DNA of 61,692 nt, counting the filler, from Sphacelaria rigidula (Eukaryota): assembly GCA_964200075.2 (NCBI GenBank). It is 11 parts of 11 records of this genome, joined end to end, with 100 filler letters (N's around TTAATTAATTAA, not from the genome) between each part and the next. Parts side by side here need not be neighbours in the genome. Positions count along the whole stretch, not along the records: positions 33,708 to 39,224 come from CAXNAA020026686.1; positions 39,325 to 44,841 come from CAXNAA020026687.1; positions 44,942 to 50,458 come from CAXNAA020026688.1; 8 more parts are not named here. The stretch is one strand, 5' to 3'. Shown in pieces: positions 36,351 through 49,264 of the stretch (the stretch's first letter is position 1; each line of letters opens with the position of its first letter). The position numbers were made by a program, and so were the translations under genes. The notes below the pieces were generated by a model. It made no database searches. It was given only the letters and a program-made list of their open reading frames with translations, and had not been told where the DNA came from.

Positions 36351-38646
36351 TTCAGGGTAGGTGTTATAGTAGTGAGGCCGCAATGCCGGAGAGGGCCATG
36401 TACTCAAGACTTGAACCCCATGGCGTTCTATTTTTCGATCAAGGAGAGTGTGCCACGAGTTGTACGTGTTGCTGAGTGACACCAGAGGTATTCTCTACTA
36501 CTGTGACTCGACTGTATAATTCCAACCGTCATCCAAATGTTCTGGCAGTACTCCCATGGTATCAACCAATTGTAGATGATTCAAGGATATCACCTGGATC
36601 CCGCGTAGGCAGTGTCCGCGTTCGAACAGCTGTGTCGAGAGGCAATCTCTAGAGGTCGGCATACTGAACAGCAACACAGGTAGAAGCGACAAATGAGAAT
36701 TTCGTGAAGAGGGTGTCGCTAAAGAAAGTAGCCAACAAGTCACAGTTCTGCACTTTTCATTCTTTCTGGAATAATCTGTTCCAACAAATACGGGTCTTGC
36801 AACAACCACGGCTACGTTTTCAGGATTTTTGACAGATTTATGTGTCGTGCCGCATGCTGTCGAGTCGATTAGTACGAGAGGATGATGTTCCCACGAATAA
36901 TCATGGAGGCTTGAACGTAGCATACACAATACTACCACCTCAAATACAACCGTAGCATACACAACTTGTACACCAGCCTGGCACAAGCCGGGAAAAGCCG
37001 TTCATGCACGTTTTGGACAGTACAGTGACTATTATCGTCAAAATCCATATGATCAGAGGGTACCCACCTCTGCAGAAGGGGGTACCCCCCCTCCCCCGTC
37101 GCCAAGAATGAGGTTTTCGGGAATCGGGGGCGATGTATAACGCATTCCAGTCTGTAAGGCCCCTTGTCGCGATGTTTGGAAGTTGCACTTCGGTATTTAG
37201 CGGGGTTTATGGGTGAGATCTTATACCCAGAATAGCAAGGCCGAAATAGACTAGCCGTAATCTATTTTGACGATCCGAGAAGTTTCGGCTACATCTGAGG
37301 GCAACATGCTTCAGCGCCCGATCTTCTGCGCCTGAGCCCATGTTGCAGAGCGTTCTCAGATAAATAGAAACCAACCAATTCATCAACATAATCATACCGT
37401 GATCCAAATCTCTTTTTGCTGTAAACAACGTTTTCGTGATATTGAGAGTAGAGGAAACGGTTGAGAGTAATAATCGGTAATCGGCCAATTAGTTGATGAA
37501 TCGTTTCAGCTCCGAAATGCCCCTCCACGAGGCCTGATATGCTTTCTGTAGTAGCTTGCCGCTGAGGCCCTTGATATCCCTGAGTAGGATCTCGAGGTGT
37601 AGCTGTAAGCACACGCCAGTAATGGAGGCAAAGGAAAGCACCCACGGACTGAAAAATTGGCTAAATTAAAGCGAGTGATCAAAGCCGCTCTCAATCACGA
37701 CTGTAGCCACCTAACGGAGGGAAATGAAGCCCAAAACGGGCGTGGACGAACAAAATACACACACAATTCAATCTTGTTGACCTCTCCGCGGTACATCGGG
37801 CTTGAGTAGCGCCAGTGTGTCCACCAACACCAAATTCCCGGGCGAGGGGCCACATATCAGAAAATGACGGCAGCCCCCCCCACCCCCACCCTTCCCTCCC
37901 CCAAGTTATTGAGAATGAGGAAATGGCCGATCAAATTGGCAAAAACCTGATTCTTCCTTTTTCTTCACCAGTACACGGAATTGAACGGTCATTTCGATCA
38001 CGCAGGGTTCGCGTCGACGTGAGCAGCCCAAAACCGAGGAGTTTTGGTGCGTCAGTTGTTTTTGTGGCCTTTGGGGAGCAAATTTGCCGGCTGGATGATG
38101 ACTTTTCCGTCGCGGTGATCACTGGATGATGAATACTGGGACGTGCTTGCTTTGGCAAGACCAATGGTTATTACCGACGTAGCACTATCGCGGTGCTACG
38201 GTCGCTATGCTGGGGAGGGCGGTGTACGACGAGTAGCTCTGTGCTGCTACTGAATGACTGAAATCTACATGCTGTGACTTGACTACGCGGTGTTACCAGC
38301 CGGCATGAAAATGTTATGATATTATGGATATGTACAATGTGTGAAATGCACATGATCATGTACTTTGCCCGCGTATGGGCAGACAGCCGTGTCCATACAA
38401 CGCGTATATCTACATGTCGCCAGCATACTGAAGTGCGACACAAGACAGGGAGAGGTTGCGAAGGGAAATGCTGTGGACGTTGTGTGGCCAAATGAGTATC
38501 CAACGTTGAGGTAGTGGCAGATCCCAAATAAAATCTACGTGATGCGGTGCTTGTTTAGTTGTATTCGATATCAAGGCAGTACAGGCACTACAGACAGCAC
38601 ACAAGTGCTGGTCTGTTCTGTCTGCACAGTATGTGTCTTGGGCCGG

Positions 38647-38790
38647 TTAATTTCCAACAAAATGCTAAGCCATATCTGCAAATAATGGTGCTGTACGGGG
38701 AGAATCACCCGATTCGCCTTAATTTCCGACAAATTGCAAAACCATATCTGCAAATAATGGTGCTGTACGGGGAGGATCACCCGATTCGCC
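38647..38790 (+). repeat. 72-bp tandem duplication
   Basis: ttaatttcc...ccatatctgcaaataatggtgctgtacgggga.atcacccgattcgcc begins at 38647 and again at 38719. Confidence 0.95.
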
Positions 38791-39224
38791 GCCTCCCTTG
38801 TTCGTCACTCCTTGCCTCTCCGGACATGTTTTTTACTTGCTTCGACGTACCCCCACCTACCGTTTCGGTATACCCAGCACAGGCCGACTCTACCAGCATA
38901 CACGTGCGGTGCAGTACAGCAACTGCTATCGCCATCATCCAGCGATCAGGGGGAACCCCCCCCCCCATGAAATCGGGTATTCCCCCCCGCCTCCCACTCC
39001 AGAATGAGGTTTTTGCAGCCTGGGGGGGAGGGCGGAGGGTACCGTTAACTCGCGATACGGGGTCCCTCGTCCCCGCTTAATCCGTTCGAGAATCATGCAC
39101 GGTTAGGACAAATCATCACGACTCAAAATCACCTCACGATTTCTTCGGCCTGATTGCCCAAAAGGGAGAAAAACGCTGACCGCTGGTGCAAGGGGTATCC
39201 ACGCAACTTTTGCGTCATTCCACG

Positions 39225-39324
39225 NNNNNNNNNNNNNNNNNNNNNNNNNNNNNNNNNNNNNNNNNNNNTTAATTAATTAANNNNNNNNNNNNNNNNNNNN
39301 NNNNNNNNNNNNNNNNNNNNNNNN
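39225..39324. other. Artificial contig linker
   Basis: N44-TTAATTAATTAA-N44. Confidence 0.99.
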
Positions 39325-39640
39325 GTAATATTTCACACATCATTGCCAGTAAAGATATATATCGATGAAAACATCACCCAGTACATTGTTTCCAGCAATG
39401 GATATGGACAAATATATGTTGCAGTCATTGTTCTTCACAATGGATATCAATGTGATCATCACCGTAGCTATTAGTGCAGCAATAGACCATTACCATGTCT
39501 ATTGTCCAGGGTGTGGAAAACTGTCTCCACATGAGCCTCTAGAGGATTAAATAGTGACCGACCCCTAGGGGTATATATGACAGCACGGCCCGCCAGAGGA
39601 TTGCTGAAATTGTCCTTTCGAGCAACCAAAAACGACTAAC

Positions 39641-40105
39641 ACCGGGTACACGTATTTTCACAAAACCCTCTGGGAGATTCAACTGCCCACCCTCTAGAGG
39701 ATTTTCAAGGTCTGAAATTCTCTAGGGTACTTCAGAATAAGCCCTCCAGAAGATTGCAGAGGATAGCAAATTCTCTCGAGCACTCATCAATGATTCCCAC
39801 CGGGTACAAATATTCTCACAAATCCCTTTGGAACATTCAACTGCTCACACTTTAGAGCACTTGCAACGTCTGAAATCGTCGAGAGTATTTCAAAGCAAGC
39901 CCCCCACAGGGTTACGAGGGATTGCGAAACTTTCCGAGGTATCAACAACGAACACCGGGTGCGCGTATTTTCTCAAGTACTCCAGAGACTTTACCTGCCC
40001 GCCCTCTTGAGGACTTGCGACATCTGAAATCGTCTAGGATATTGAACGCAAGCCCCAAGGAGGATTGCAGAAGGTTGCAAATCCTCTCGAGGGATCAACA
40101 ACGTA
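39641..40105 (+). repeat. Degenerate ~156-bp tandem repeat, 3 units
   Basis: Units start accgggt at 39641, 39799 and 39954 and share ctgaaat and ctcgag-like blocks. Confidence 0.8.
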
Positions 40106-41213
40106 TCTTCTGGACGATGCAACTGCTTGTCCTCAAGACGGTGCTAATTGGCCGCATGTGATGAGCTTATGACCTGGTTTGAGGCTCATGACCTATTGGA
40201 AACGTTGCGATCCAGAGTTTTCTGAAACAGACAGGCTTCAGTGCTCACTTGCCCCAAGACCAGGAGCTTACTTAACTGTCTCGATAACAGGAGCTCGGAG
40301 AGGGTGCAGAGTAGCGGCTAAGATCACTTGGGCCGTGCCGCTAAAGCAAAAAAATTACAATTTTCACAGGCGTTTGTTTGGCCAACACAGAAAAAAGACG
40401 CTCAGTCTCTTCCTAAGCCGGGGAGCTAAAAATGGGTAGCGAGAGAGAGTGCTGTCAGCTATGGGGTGAACCGATGCAAGCTGTAAACTCTCTGAGCAAA
40501 AACAAAACTTTCAGTAACTAGAAACCTGCACGTGCATGCTGGTACAGGTTGGGTAATGACCCTGTATAGAAGGCTATAGGGCATTTTGATTACGGGTCTT
40601 ACCCCCTATCTGCAGTCCAATTTTGAGATAAAAGCAAGCGCAGTCGTTCAAAGGCAGGCGTACACATGCTCAGAACAAAAAGAAGACCAAAAAAAGTACC
40701 TCTGGGAGCAATTCCATGTATCGTCTCCCGACTACTGAACTGCACTCGATCACTGCTGAACACTGGATACGACGCCACCTATCCTTCCCCAAGAAACGAC
40801 CTACATGCTGAACACTGTGCGTGCGGGCCTTCTCTCCGCAGCATATCGAACATAGGCAAGGTCCATTGCATTGTACGAGTCGTGTTTTAGTAGTCACGGT
40901 TAGCATAGGTAACTCTCAAATGCCTTGTGTAGTGGAAGCTCCCACCACGTGGGAATTTGTTTACGTCAAACCAAATGCGTGATGTTGTCTGTGACACGTG
41001 CATCAAATCACACTGGAAACCCATACATTCAACCTTTCGTACTAAAAACCTTGACGTCCACCCATATTGTATAACTCACCTTACTGTTCATCTGCGCGTC
41101 TACTATGCCAACTAAGCAATAGATGGAAGCGGTTACATTAAACCGTCACAAGTTGTAGAGTGAGATGTTATCATTGACATCAAAACATTCCAACATAATC
41201 AAAAACGACCAAA

Positions 41214-41500
41214 ACCGGGTACACGCGTTTTCACAACATCCTCTAGAGGATACCACTGCCCACGCCCTACAGGGTTTGCGACGTCTGAACTCCTCCTGGG
41301 TAATTATTGCATAACAAGTCCCCCAACGGATTGCAGAGGGTTGTGGAGGATTGCAAATCCTCTCGAGTAATCGTAATCGACCAACGCCGGGTACATGTAT
41401 TTTCACAAAGTCCTCCGGAGGATTCAACTGCCAAGCCTTTAGGGGATTTGCAATGTCTTAAAAAGTCTAGGGTACCGTATTTCAAAAAGCCCCCCAAGGA
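41214..41500 (+). repeat. Two more units of the same tandem repeat family
   Basis: ccgggtaca..(a/g)ttttcacaa at 41214 and 41386. Confidence 0.75.
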
Positions 41501-41879
41501 ATAACCGTGTTTCATGTTTTGGCCGTTACACGAGGCGAGATTCACCACCATAGTTGGCGTGTTCAGGACCCACGTACTTATAACCTCGGTGGTCGGCCGT
41601 GAGGTCCTCCCCACTGAATCAGTTCATTTCCCTTGTCTTGCCTGGCTGTACAATGCTACACTTCTGCACCATCCTGATCGGTTGACAGCCGTGTCCTCTG
41701 AACGACTATACCAGTCGTGTCCATTTCATATACCCACGGGATCACAAATCACGAAACATTTTATGGAGTCATGGTTCATCAACCCGTATTTATGTAATTC
41801 ATCGACGATGTGGCAGACAGAAGCGACGCGGTTACACGCCCGGCTGCCACCGGAAACGCGCCATCAATAACCGAGTCCG

Positions 41880-42420
41880 CAGACTTGAGAGGGTGCGTAG
41901 GTAGTGCAAAGGCGGCAATGTTTCAAGTACTGCAAGAGACACAACTTGCAGGGCCGCGGGTTGAAGCAGGTGGGCGGGAGGAGTCATGTGGCGGGTCGCA
42001 CCTGGCCACGGGTCCGGGATCTGGAGGGTCTCGACGCCAAACGGTCAAGAGACCAGGTTCGGCCAACTCTGCGGAGCGGGCCTTGTTCTCGAGGGGTCCA
42101 CGGCATCTGTGGGGAACGTTTTGCGCGGAAGCACCGTCACCACTCAGCTACAACATCGTGCAGGGGGCGGGCGCCGCTTAACTTGCGTGCGGAGAAAGGG
42201 TACACGAGATTCATCCGGGGGAACATTTCCCAGAAATGAGTGCCATACTGACTGCTGGTGTGGCACTGTGGAGTTTTATGGATATTGTCAAGGTGTCTAC
42301 AGACCCCATGGTGATCCGCGCGATGGCGAGTTTGATTTCGTGGGTGAAACCAGATCAGTTACGTGGCAATCATAGGGAGGAAACGTGACGATGGCGGTAA
42401 GCACGTCTGCAGGTGGCTGC
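41880..42420 (+). pseudogene. Decayed EsV-1-7-like Cys/His repeats followed by a possible nuclease-like domain
   Basis: Mixed-frame peptides GCVGSAKAAMF, KYCKRHNLQG, TWPR..LEGLDAKR, SAERALFSRG...GTFCAE, then CQGVYRPHG...FDFVGET; matched by eye only. Confidence 0.3.
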
Positions 42421-42769
42421 TCATCAGTGCTTTCCAGACGGACATGGGACTGCGATTTGTGGCACTGTAACATACATACTATTCATATTCCAACAGTAGG
42501 GCGAGACTGGCAAAATAACTGAACTGAGGCAATTATTGGGACTGGAAACAACTGTTTGATACGTTTTCCCATCTCGGCGGGACGAAGTTTCTCGAGAGGA
42601 TAGTTGATATATTCAGACCTGTGAACTCCTGTGCATGCAAACGTATTTGGGCCAACACGGAGAGCCAGACGGTGTAGTGCATGGCGACACATGGTGAAAG
42701 ATGTCCGATATAACCTCCCTTGTTTGAAAAAACATTAAAGATTGAGTATGTCGATGACCCCTTCAACCG

Positions 42770-43200
42770 GTGTTTAGACCACACTTGAATGGTAATACCG
42801 TCCTCAACGCCAGTGTATCGCATTCCTTATCTTCCTAACCAGTGTGGGTCTCAGGGCGACTGTTTTCTAGCTGGGTTGGGTGACGATGAAACGTACTCAC
42901 CATCATGATACATGCAGGTAGACATGGCCTGACGTGATTGAATGGTAATGCCGGTGTCCGAAACTGTCTCCGGAGAGGCTTGACCCTTGTTGAGACCATG
43001 TTTGAATGGGTGTACCATTCTTTGTGCTAGTGTATCCCATTTTTCACCTTTCTAACAAGTGCAGGTCACAGAGCACTGTTTCCTAGCTTGGTTGGTAGAC
43101 GATATAATGTGCTTGTCGCCGAAAAAGGCGTGGGTAGATATGGTATGACTTGATTGAATGATGATGTCGGTATCTGAAACTATCTGGGGATAGATTTGTC
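42770..43200. repeat. Degenerate ~216-bp tandem repeat, about 2 units
   Basis: ttgaatgg at 42785 and 43002; tgattgaatg...ggt.tc.gaaact at 42935 and 43151; ctgtttt.ctagct.ggttgg in both units. Confidence 0.7.
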
Positions 43201-44634
43201 TTCTGGTGCTGGGGTCATATGCGCGCACGGCAAGTCGACCTAGTTCCAATGCGTACATCTTTCGTCACCTGTTGAGCGCGGGTCACGGGGTACAGGTTCC
43301 CAACTGGAATGGTTGAAATGATTGAAATGGTTGAAATGGTCGCTGACGAATTATGTAAGTAGTCTCGATAAGCGCGGCGAGTGAGTAGGGCGCTACTCCC
43401 CTGACATGATTTCCAAGATGAACTCGGTGTTTGGTCGTCTCAGTAGGGTACAAGACTGTAGGGCCCTGCAGACTATGAGCATGTGATCGATAACGACTAG
43501 TTCCGTCCCAAAACTACATACTCCAAAGAGTTACTTTTTTGTTTGATGGCACCGTCTGGTCTCGATTTTTACAGAGTTCAGAGGGACACTTGTCCTCGTG
43601 AACGTGCTGGACTACCCCCTGATTTCGGTGTCTGAAAAATTGAAACCCGAGAGGTGCTAAAGTGCGATTGGTCACGGCTTGTGGTATTGAAAGCTGAAGG
43701 AGATGTCCAATTGCTAGGGGTGGGCTGCTCGAAAAGGAGCAGTGATGAAAATTGACCGACGCCCCGTGCGAGTACTGGGGTACAGACTGAAGTGTGCATC
43801 ACATATGACTGGTTGCTCGTCGATTTGATTTTTCCGATAGGGTTGAAACCGTACGTGATATGCAGATAGATATGTCACAGTATGACATGTAAAACAATCA
43901 ATTCTATATGTGTCCCCCGGTTTCATTGTTGGTCAAGCTGTACATTGACGGAACTGAAATAATATGCGATGTGCACGCATGTTAGCCCAGCATGCTACAA
44001 CAAAAATGTAAAGCGTCACCAGCTTTTGATTGTTAATTGAGTTGTGAAGCTGGAAGAACTGGATCTACAAAATCACGAAATACGCAAGCATGTTCACAAA
44101 CCATGCCTAAACAAGAGTGTGTCTGGCGTCGCCTGTTTTGATTGTCGGTCAGTTTGCAGCGGATAGCTGGACAAAAAGGCAAGGCATTCGGCGTGCCACG
44201 CACAACATGCTGTAGGATAATAGCGTGTATGATCTCGCATAACTTGTCGATGACAGTCGGGATTCAACCGCCTGACGGCTTGTTGAAATATATTGAACTT
44301 TTGATATGCAATGGTCTGTGGAAAATATCTATGGGAGTGTTGAGATGCAATGTTTTGTGGAGCAATATATTTATGACCCTTGAGAGAAGGAGACTTATAT
44401 AATTCGGTATATTTCCACACCAATGTCCCCTGTCGAACTTCACTTTTCGGTGAAGCGCGATCTCCAGAATCGCTTTCCGGATGGTAGGTGTTCGAGTTGG
44501 CGTTTGGGTGGTTCGCGGCCGGCGAGCAAGCACAAACCCTCCGCTTCAACGTTTTCCTCTCGATGGGTGTCAATGGAGGGGGAGAACAATGCCCGTGATG
44601 CAGAGATCCTTTTCCTGTTGCTCGAGACGGGGGG

Positions 44635-44841
44635 CGTACTCATTTGTTGCTTGCCTTAGTCGTTCGACCATTGACCACGCATCCCTTTCGAAACGGGGCA
44701 TCGTTCCTACTCCAAATAGAGACACACCTCCAACATTTTGGCGCTAATTACGTTTCTTCGATAGCTCATTACGTTTCTTCCATACATTACACAAGAACCT
44801 CTTACATATCCTATCCCCGTCCTGTTTCGCCGTCTGTGGCC
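44635..44841 (-). mobile_element. 3' end of the LINE family, cut by the contig end
   Basis: gggggg-cgtactcatttgttgcttgccttagtcgttcgaccattgaccacgcatcccttt...; matches 9900-10014 and 47221-47400. Confidence 0.9.
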
Positions 44842-44941
44842 NNNNNNNNNNNNNNNNNNNNNNNNNNNNNNNNNNNNNNNNNNNNTTAATTAATTAANNN
44901 NNNNNNNNNNNNNNNNNNNNNNNNNNNNNNNNNNNNNNNNN
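44842..44941. other. Artificial contig linker
   Basis: N44-TTAATTAATTAA-N44. Confidence 0.99.
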
Positions 44942-44989
44942 TTGCGCGTCTCTGGCCATTTTTCGTACCTTTCCTAGGCAAAAAACGAG

Positions 44990-45640
44990 AAGTTATACCT
45001 TTTCTAGGTCATTGCCCAATGATGTTTCAATCGTACCTTATCTGGGCCATCAGTCGGCCTAGAAAGTACCTGTCCTGGGGCATCGCTTCCCACACTGTAC
45101 CTGATGCGGCTCTCTGCGCGCAAGGGAATCTACGCGCCAACTCCAACCATGGCGCCCACACATACATTCGGCTCCTTTCCGCCCATTCACCATTCACGAA
45201 CGCCACAACGACCACATGTTACTAACCCTAACGCTACAACCATTGATACGGAACATGACGCCAGCCCCAGTTCGCAACGGCACGATGTTACATAACACTC
45301 CGCAAGCGCAAAAGGCTGACGCGTTGTGAGTTATGAGTCCAGTTCTTGTGTCGATGAGGAGAGACTCGGAAACCATTTCCGGGGAAAGAGGGATGTGGTC
45401 GTTGTGGCGTTCGTGAACGGCAAATGGGAGGGAGAGGAGCCGAATGTAGGTGTGGGCGCCATGGTTGAAATTGGCGCGTAGATTCCCTTGCGCGCAGTGC
45501 GCCGCATCGGGTACAGTGTGGGAAGTGGTGGCACAGGATAGGTACTTTTTGGGCCGACTGGTGCCTCAGATAATGTACGATTGAAAAATAATTCTTAGAT
45601 CAGGTATACCTGGCCGAAATTTGGCCTAGAAAGGGGACGC
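44990..45640. mobile_element. Fold-back / MITE-like element with arms of at least 190 bp
   Basis: 45030-45217 (gcgcgcaagggaatctacgcgccaa..caaccatggcgcccacac...acgaacgccacaacgaccacat) is the reverse complement of 45393-45582. Confidence 0.85.
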
Positions 45641-46155
45641 GGTTTCTGGAGCCGAGACGACTTTCTGCGCATGGCCATATCTCGCGAGTAGCATGTTGTT
45701 TTTTCTGTTTCTTTTTCGAGGCCGGGGTGCCGAGGATCCCTCTGATCGCTCTGCGTAAAACATTCGAGGCGAAATCGGTTCATATTGTATGTTTTGTTGT
45801 TTTCGCGTTTTGGTCATTTTTCGTACTTTTCACGCAAAACACGAGAAGGTATGGCGTTTCTGGGCCATTGTCCATTATTGTTCCCTTGTACATGGGCAGT
45901 GGTTGGTAGCTCGTGCCCCCGGCCCCCGATGTGATAACGCTATGTGACACTGAAAAGCAGATGTTCCATCTAAAAGGTGAGATTTCGCGAGAACTTAAAA
46001 TTTCAAGTGGGAATTTGCTTCCTGGTGTCAGTTGGCATCACTACGTTCGGCGCGGGGACAAACGGTGACATTGTAGCATTATACGATAGGTGGAGAATTG
46101 ACGCATGAATACTTTTTCGCGGTATATAAGTGCCACTCTTTTTCATCAAGATTTA

Positions 46156-46416
<261 letters not shown>

Positions 46417-46965
46417 TTAGTGCTCTTCACTTACTGTAGATAGCGTCAAAATGTTTTGAGGCGTGCGAAGCGTTTACTTTTTTGTGCAGCGAAACAGGGC
46501 GTGGTGATGTCGGTTGTAGTGTGAACATGGTCTAGAAGACAGCGTGTCGACAATTATTGGTCCGCAAAGGGACAACGTACAGCGCAAGATTGGAGTCCCC
46601 GATAATCCTAAACGTGTCCGTACTGTTCATACACGGTGCTCGGCCGTGATTCGATGAATGTTGGGAGGTGCTGCTTCTGCTGACTCCACAGTAACTGTAG
46701 ACCTCAGCACCATTGGGAGAGATCGTCACGAAGTTACGCGACGGTGTGCCTCGCAGTGGAACATGACGATCGCGACATGTTTACATACGGATCGCTGTGA
46801 AAAAAGTGAGCGTGGCAAATGGATCACTAGTCATTGATCACGGATGTTTCTATACATATATATATATGTGAACATACGTGTCTATACGCACACCTGCAGC
46901 ACTTCCGTATTTACTCTCAAGTCCTGTGCCGTGACAAAGTCCTGTACCTCAACAAAGTGTCGTAC

Positions 46966-47149
46966 CTTAACGCCCTTGAGAAGCTGGTACATGAAGTAGC
47001 GGTGGTGAGAATCGCCCAAGGCCTGCGAGGACTGAATGATCCGGTGAAGGTCGGAGTCAAGCAGCTCCATGACGATGTAAAGCTCGCCGTGGTACTCGCT
47101 CACAAACAGATCTTCCAGAGAGACGATGTTGGGGTGTGTGCCGAGGTAC
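46966..47149 (-). CDS. MAP kinase exon (subdomains IV-VIa)
   Basis: ctacag|G TAC...AAG|gtacga, 184 nt, encodes YLGTHPNIVSLEDLF...ELYIVMELLDSDLHRIIQSSQALGDSHHRYFMYQLLKGVK, typical of ERK/MAPK. Joins the next exon in phase 0. Confidence 0.95.
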
Positions 47150-47220
47150 CTGTAGCTCATTCCGTTCAGTACCCGAAGAAATACGCGGGAGGTACCGGCA
47201 GCAGGGGGAGGGGGGAGGAG

Positions 47221-48574
47221 CGGCGTACTCATTTTTTGCTTGCCTTAGTCGCTTGGCCGTTGACCACGCATCCCTTGCGAGACGGAGCACCGTTCCTACT
47301 CCTGGTAGAGACACCTCCAACATTTGGGCGCTCATTGCGCATCTTCCATACACTACAGAAAATCGTTCACATATCGTATCCCCTTCCTGATTCGCCGTCT
47401 GTCGCCACGATCTATCTCCTAGTACAGCGACCGTTTTCTCCCTCCTGTCTAATATATCTAACGATTTCATGCTACCTTCGTTTACTTTCCGCACCTCCCT
47501 CTCCAACACGTCCCGTTCCTCACTGTATAATTCACGCTCTGCTACCATGTGAGTTCTACTCTATTGCTTTGCCACGAGGGCAATTCTGTGCATCTACTTC
47601 TTTCTCCACTCGACTGCTGGTACACCCCTTTCGTCTTTCTGGCAGATCCAGGTCTCCCAAACCCGGAATCTCAGTTTCGTTTTTTTTGTGGACTATATTG
47701 AGTCATGCAGATATGCTTTCATCTCTATCCCCTCTCTCACCCCCCCCGTATGTCTTGAGGCTTTCCTCCTCGTCTACATTCCGTCTGAGTGCCTCTTTCC
47801 CCCTTATTTATGTAATCTCTCTAACTTTCGTTTTGAACCCGCCATATTAACTTATGGCCATTATCTCGTCTTTGTTTCTCTCATATCCTTCCGTATTTTC
47901 TCGACTACGTTATCCCACCTTTTTGTAATCCGTCCTCTAGTCACTTTCGTCCTTACGGCCCTATTAGCTGTGGCTGGCAATCTCGTTCCTGGCATGATCC
48001 TTACGCTATATACTGCCCTTCCAGTTTCCTCATGTCTCTATTTGTTTCAAGTCGATGTAGTCCCAGCTTTGCTCTCAATGCTGTACTACTCGTCGTTTTT
48101 TTACATTCAAGTATTTTCTTAGCTGCTGTCATCTGTGCTGTTTCCAACTTCTTCGTCAACTTCGCGTTCCCCTGCCATACTTCCCCTACTTTGATACAAT
48201 CATATTTATCAGAATATATCTCTTAATCCTAGAATCTAGGTGCGAATTTCGAAGGATCAGTCCATCTTTCCTATCTGCGTCTTACCCTTTCCTATTACTT
48301 TATTCATGTGTGCATCACAATAACATTTTTTTTATGTATCTCTACACCAAGGTTTGTATATTGGTCTACGATCAGCAGTCTCTCTTCTTATTTCCATTCG
48401 AACTCTACCGGGTTTTCGTTTTCTTTGTTACATACAGGTTATGTGCATTTGTTTACATTCATTCTCACTTGCTATTTCCTAGTGTATTTTAGCGCATTTT
48501 CTATTTGCTCCCGCAATTCTTCCGGTGTTACTGATATCCTCACAAAACCACCCGCAAACATCAATCCCGATACC
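47221..48574 (-). mobile_element. 5'-truncated decayed LINE in a MAPK intron
   Basis: Begins at the RT GLMFA(DD) region and includes HMVAERELYSEERDVLEREVRKVNEGSMKSLD. Collinear with 6810-10014, with G/C-rich tracts on both flanks. Confidence 0.9.
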
Positions 48575-49264
48575 GTAGGAGCGGGAAGGGGGGGGCTTGG
48601 AAACAACCGGAATATATACGGACAGGAAGTAGCCTCAAGCGCTCGTCGAGTATGGCGTGTTGTACCTCAAACTAGTTTCAATACTGTGGTGTCATGAATG
48701 GAATATGTGGAGAGTCGGTAAATGTTTGATGGCATCTATACCACTAGGTTTTCGATGTTGCCACAGCACTCAAAAATATGCATGTGGCGTCTAGAAATGT
48801 GCACCGGCAAAAACAAACCATTTTAGGCAGGGAACGACAATGGAAATCGGGTGAGCATGAATGATGTGTACGCACGCACAAAACATACATACATTTGTGT
48901 GTATATCTATATCCACATATATGGTGAACAACAGCAGCCAATAGGTTACGAGTACCCTTTTAGTTTTATCATGACGGGTGACACAGTAATCGCATAAGAT
49001 CGTGTTTTGCAAACTTTGGGAAATGAAACTCACGAGCGACCAATAATCGGTTCTCGAAAATTGTCGACAGTGGATTATGGCGAATATAGTACGTAACACG
49101 TAAGGTGGCGCTGAGGGAACGCTGGTCCCAAAACGTTCAGCTTCCCCCTTGACAAGTCTGTCGGGCTGCTCTCAAAACCTCGGATGAGACCCTCTGCCGT
49201 CGTTGTCGCAATGCAAACCTTGGCGTGCTGACGTTTTGGGGGATCTATGTTGCCACGTTGTCTA

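Noticed and set aside
36149..38129. Two ORFs with similar peptides (SSP..GIER..SPKPRS..DDFSV) suggesting a gene family
   Set aside because: The similarity follows from a dispersed DNA repeat. No domain or consistent start/stop was seen; a dN/dS test across copies would settle it.
39641..40105. CRISPR-like array
   Set aside because: The whole ~156-bp unit is repeated and degenerate, with no constant repeat plus unique spacers, no cas genes and a eukaryotic context.
43714..44573. THAP-, BED- or hAT-like fragments (VICDAHF, LVWKY, CCAWH)
   Set aside because: The motifs are too short and not in a consistent order or frame to support a call.
46834..47850. 338-aa + strand ORF
   Set aside because: It is antisense to the MAPK exon and the LINE, with no independent coding signal.
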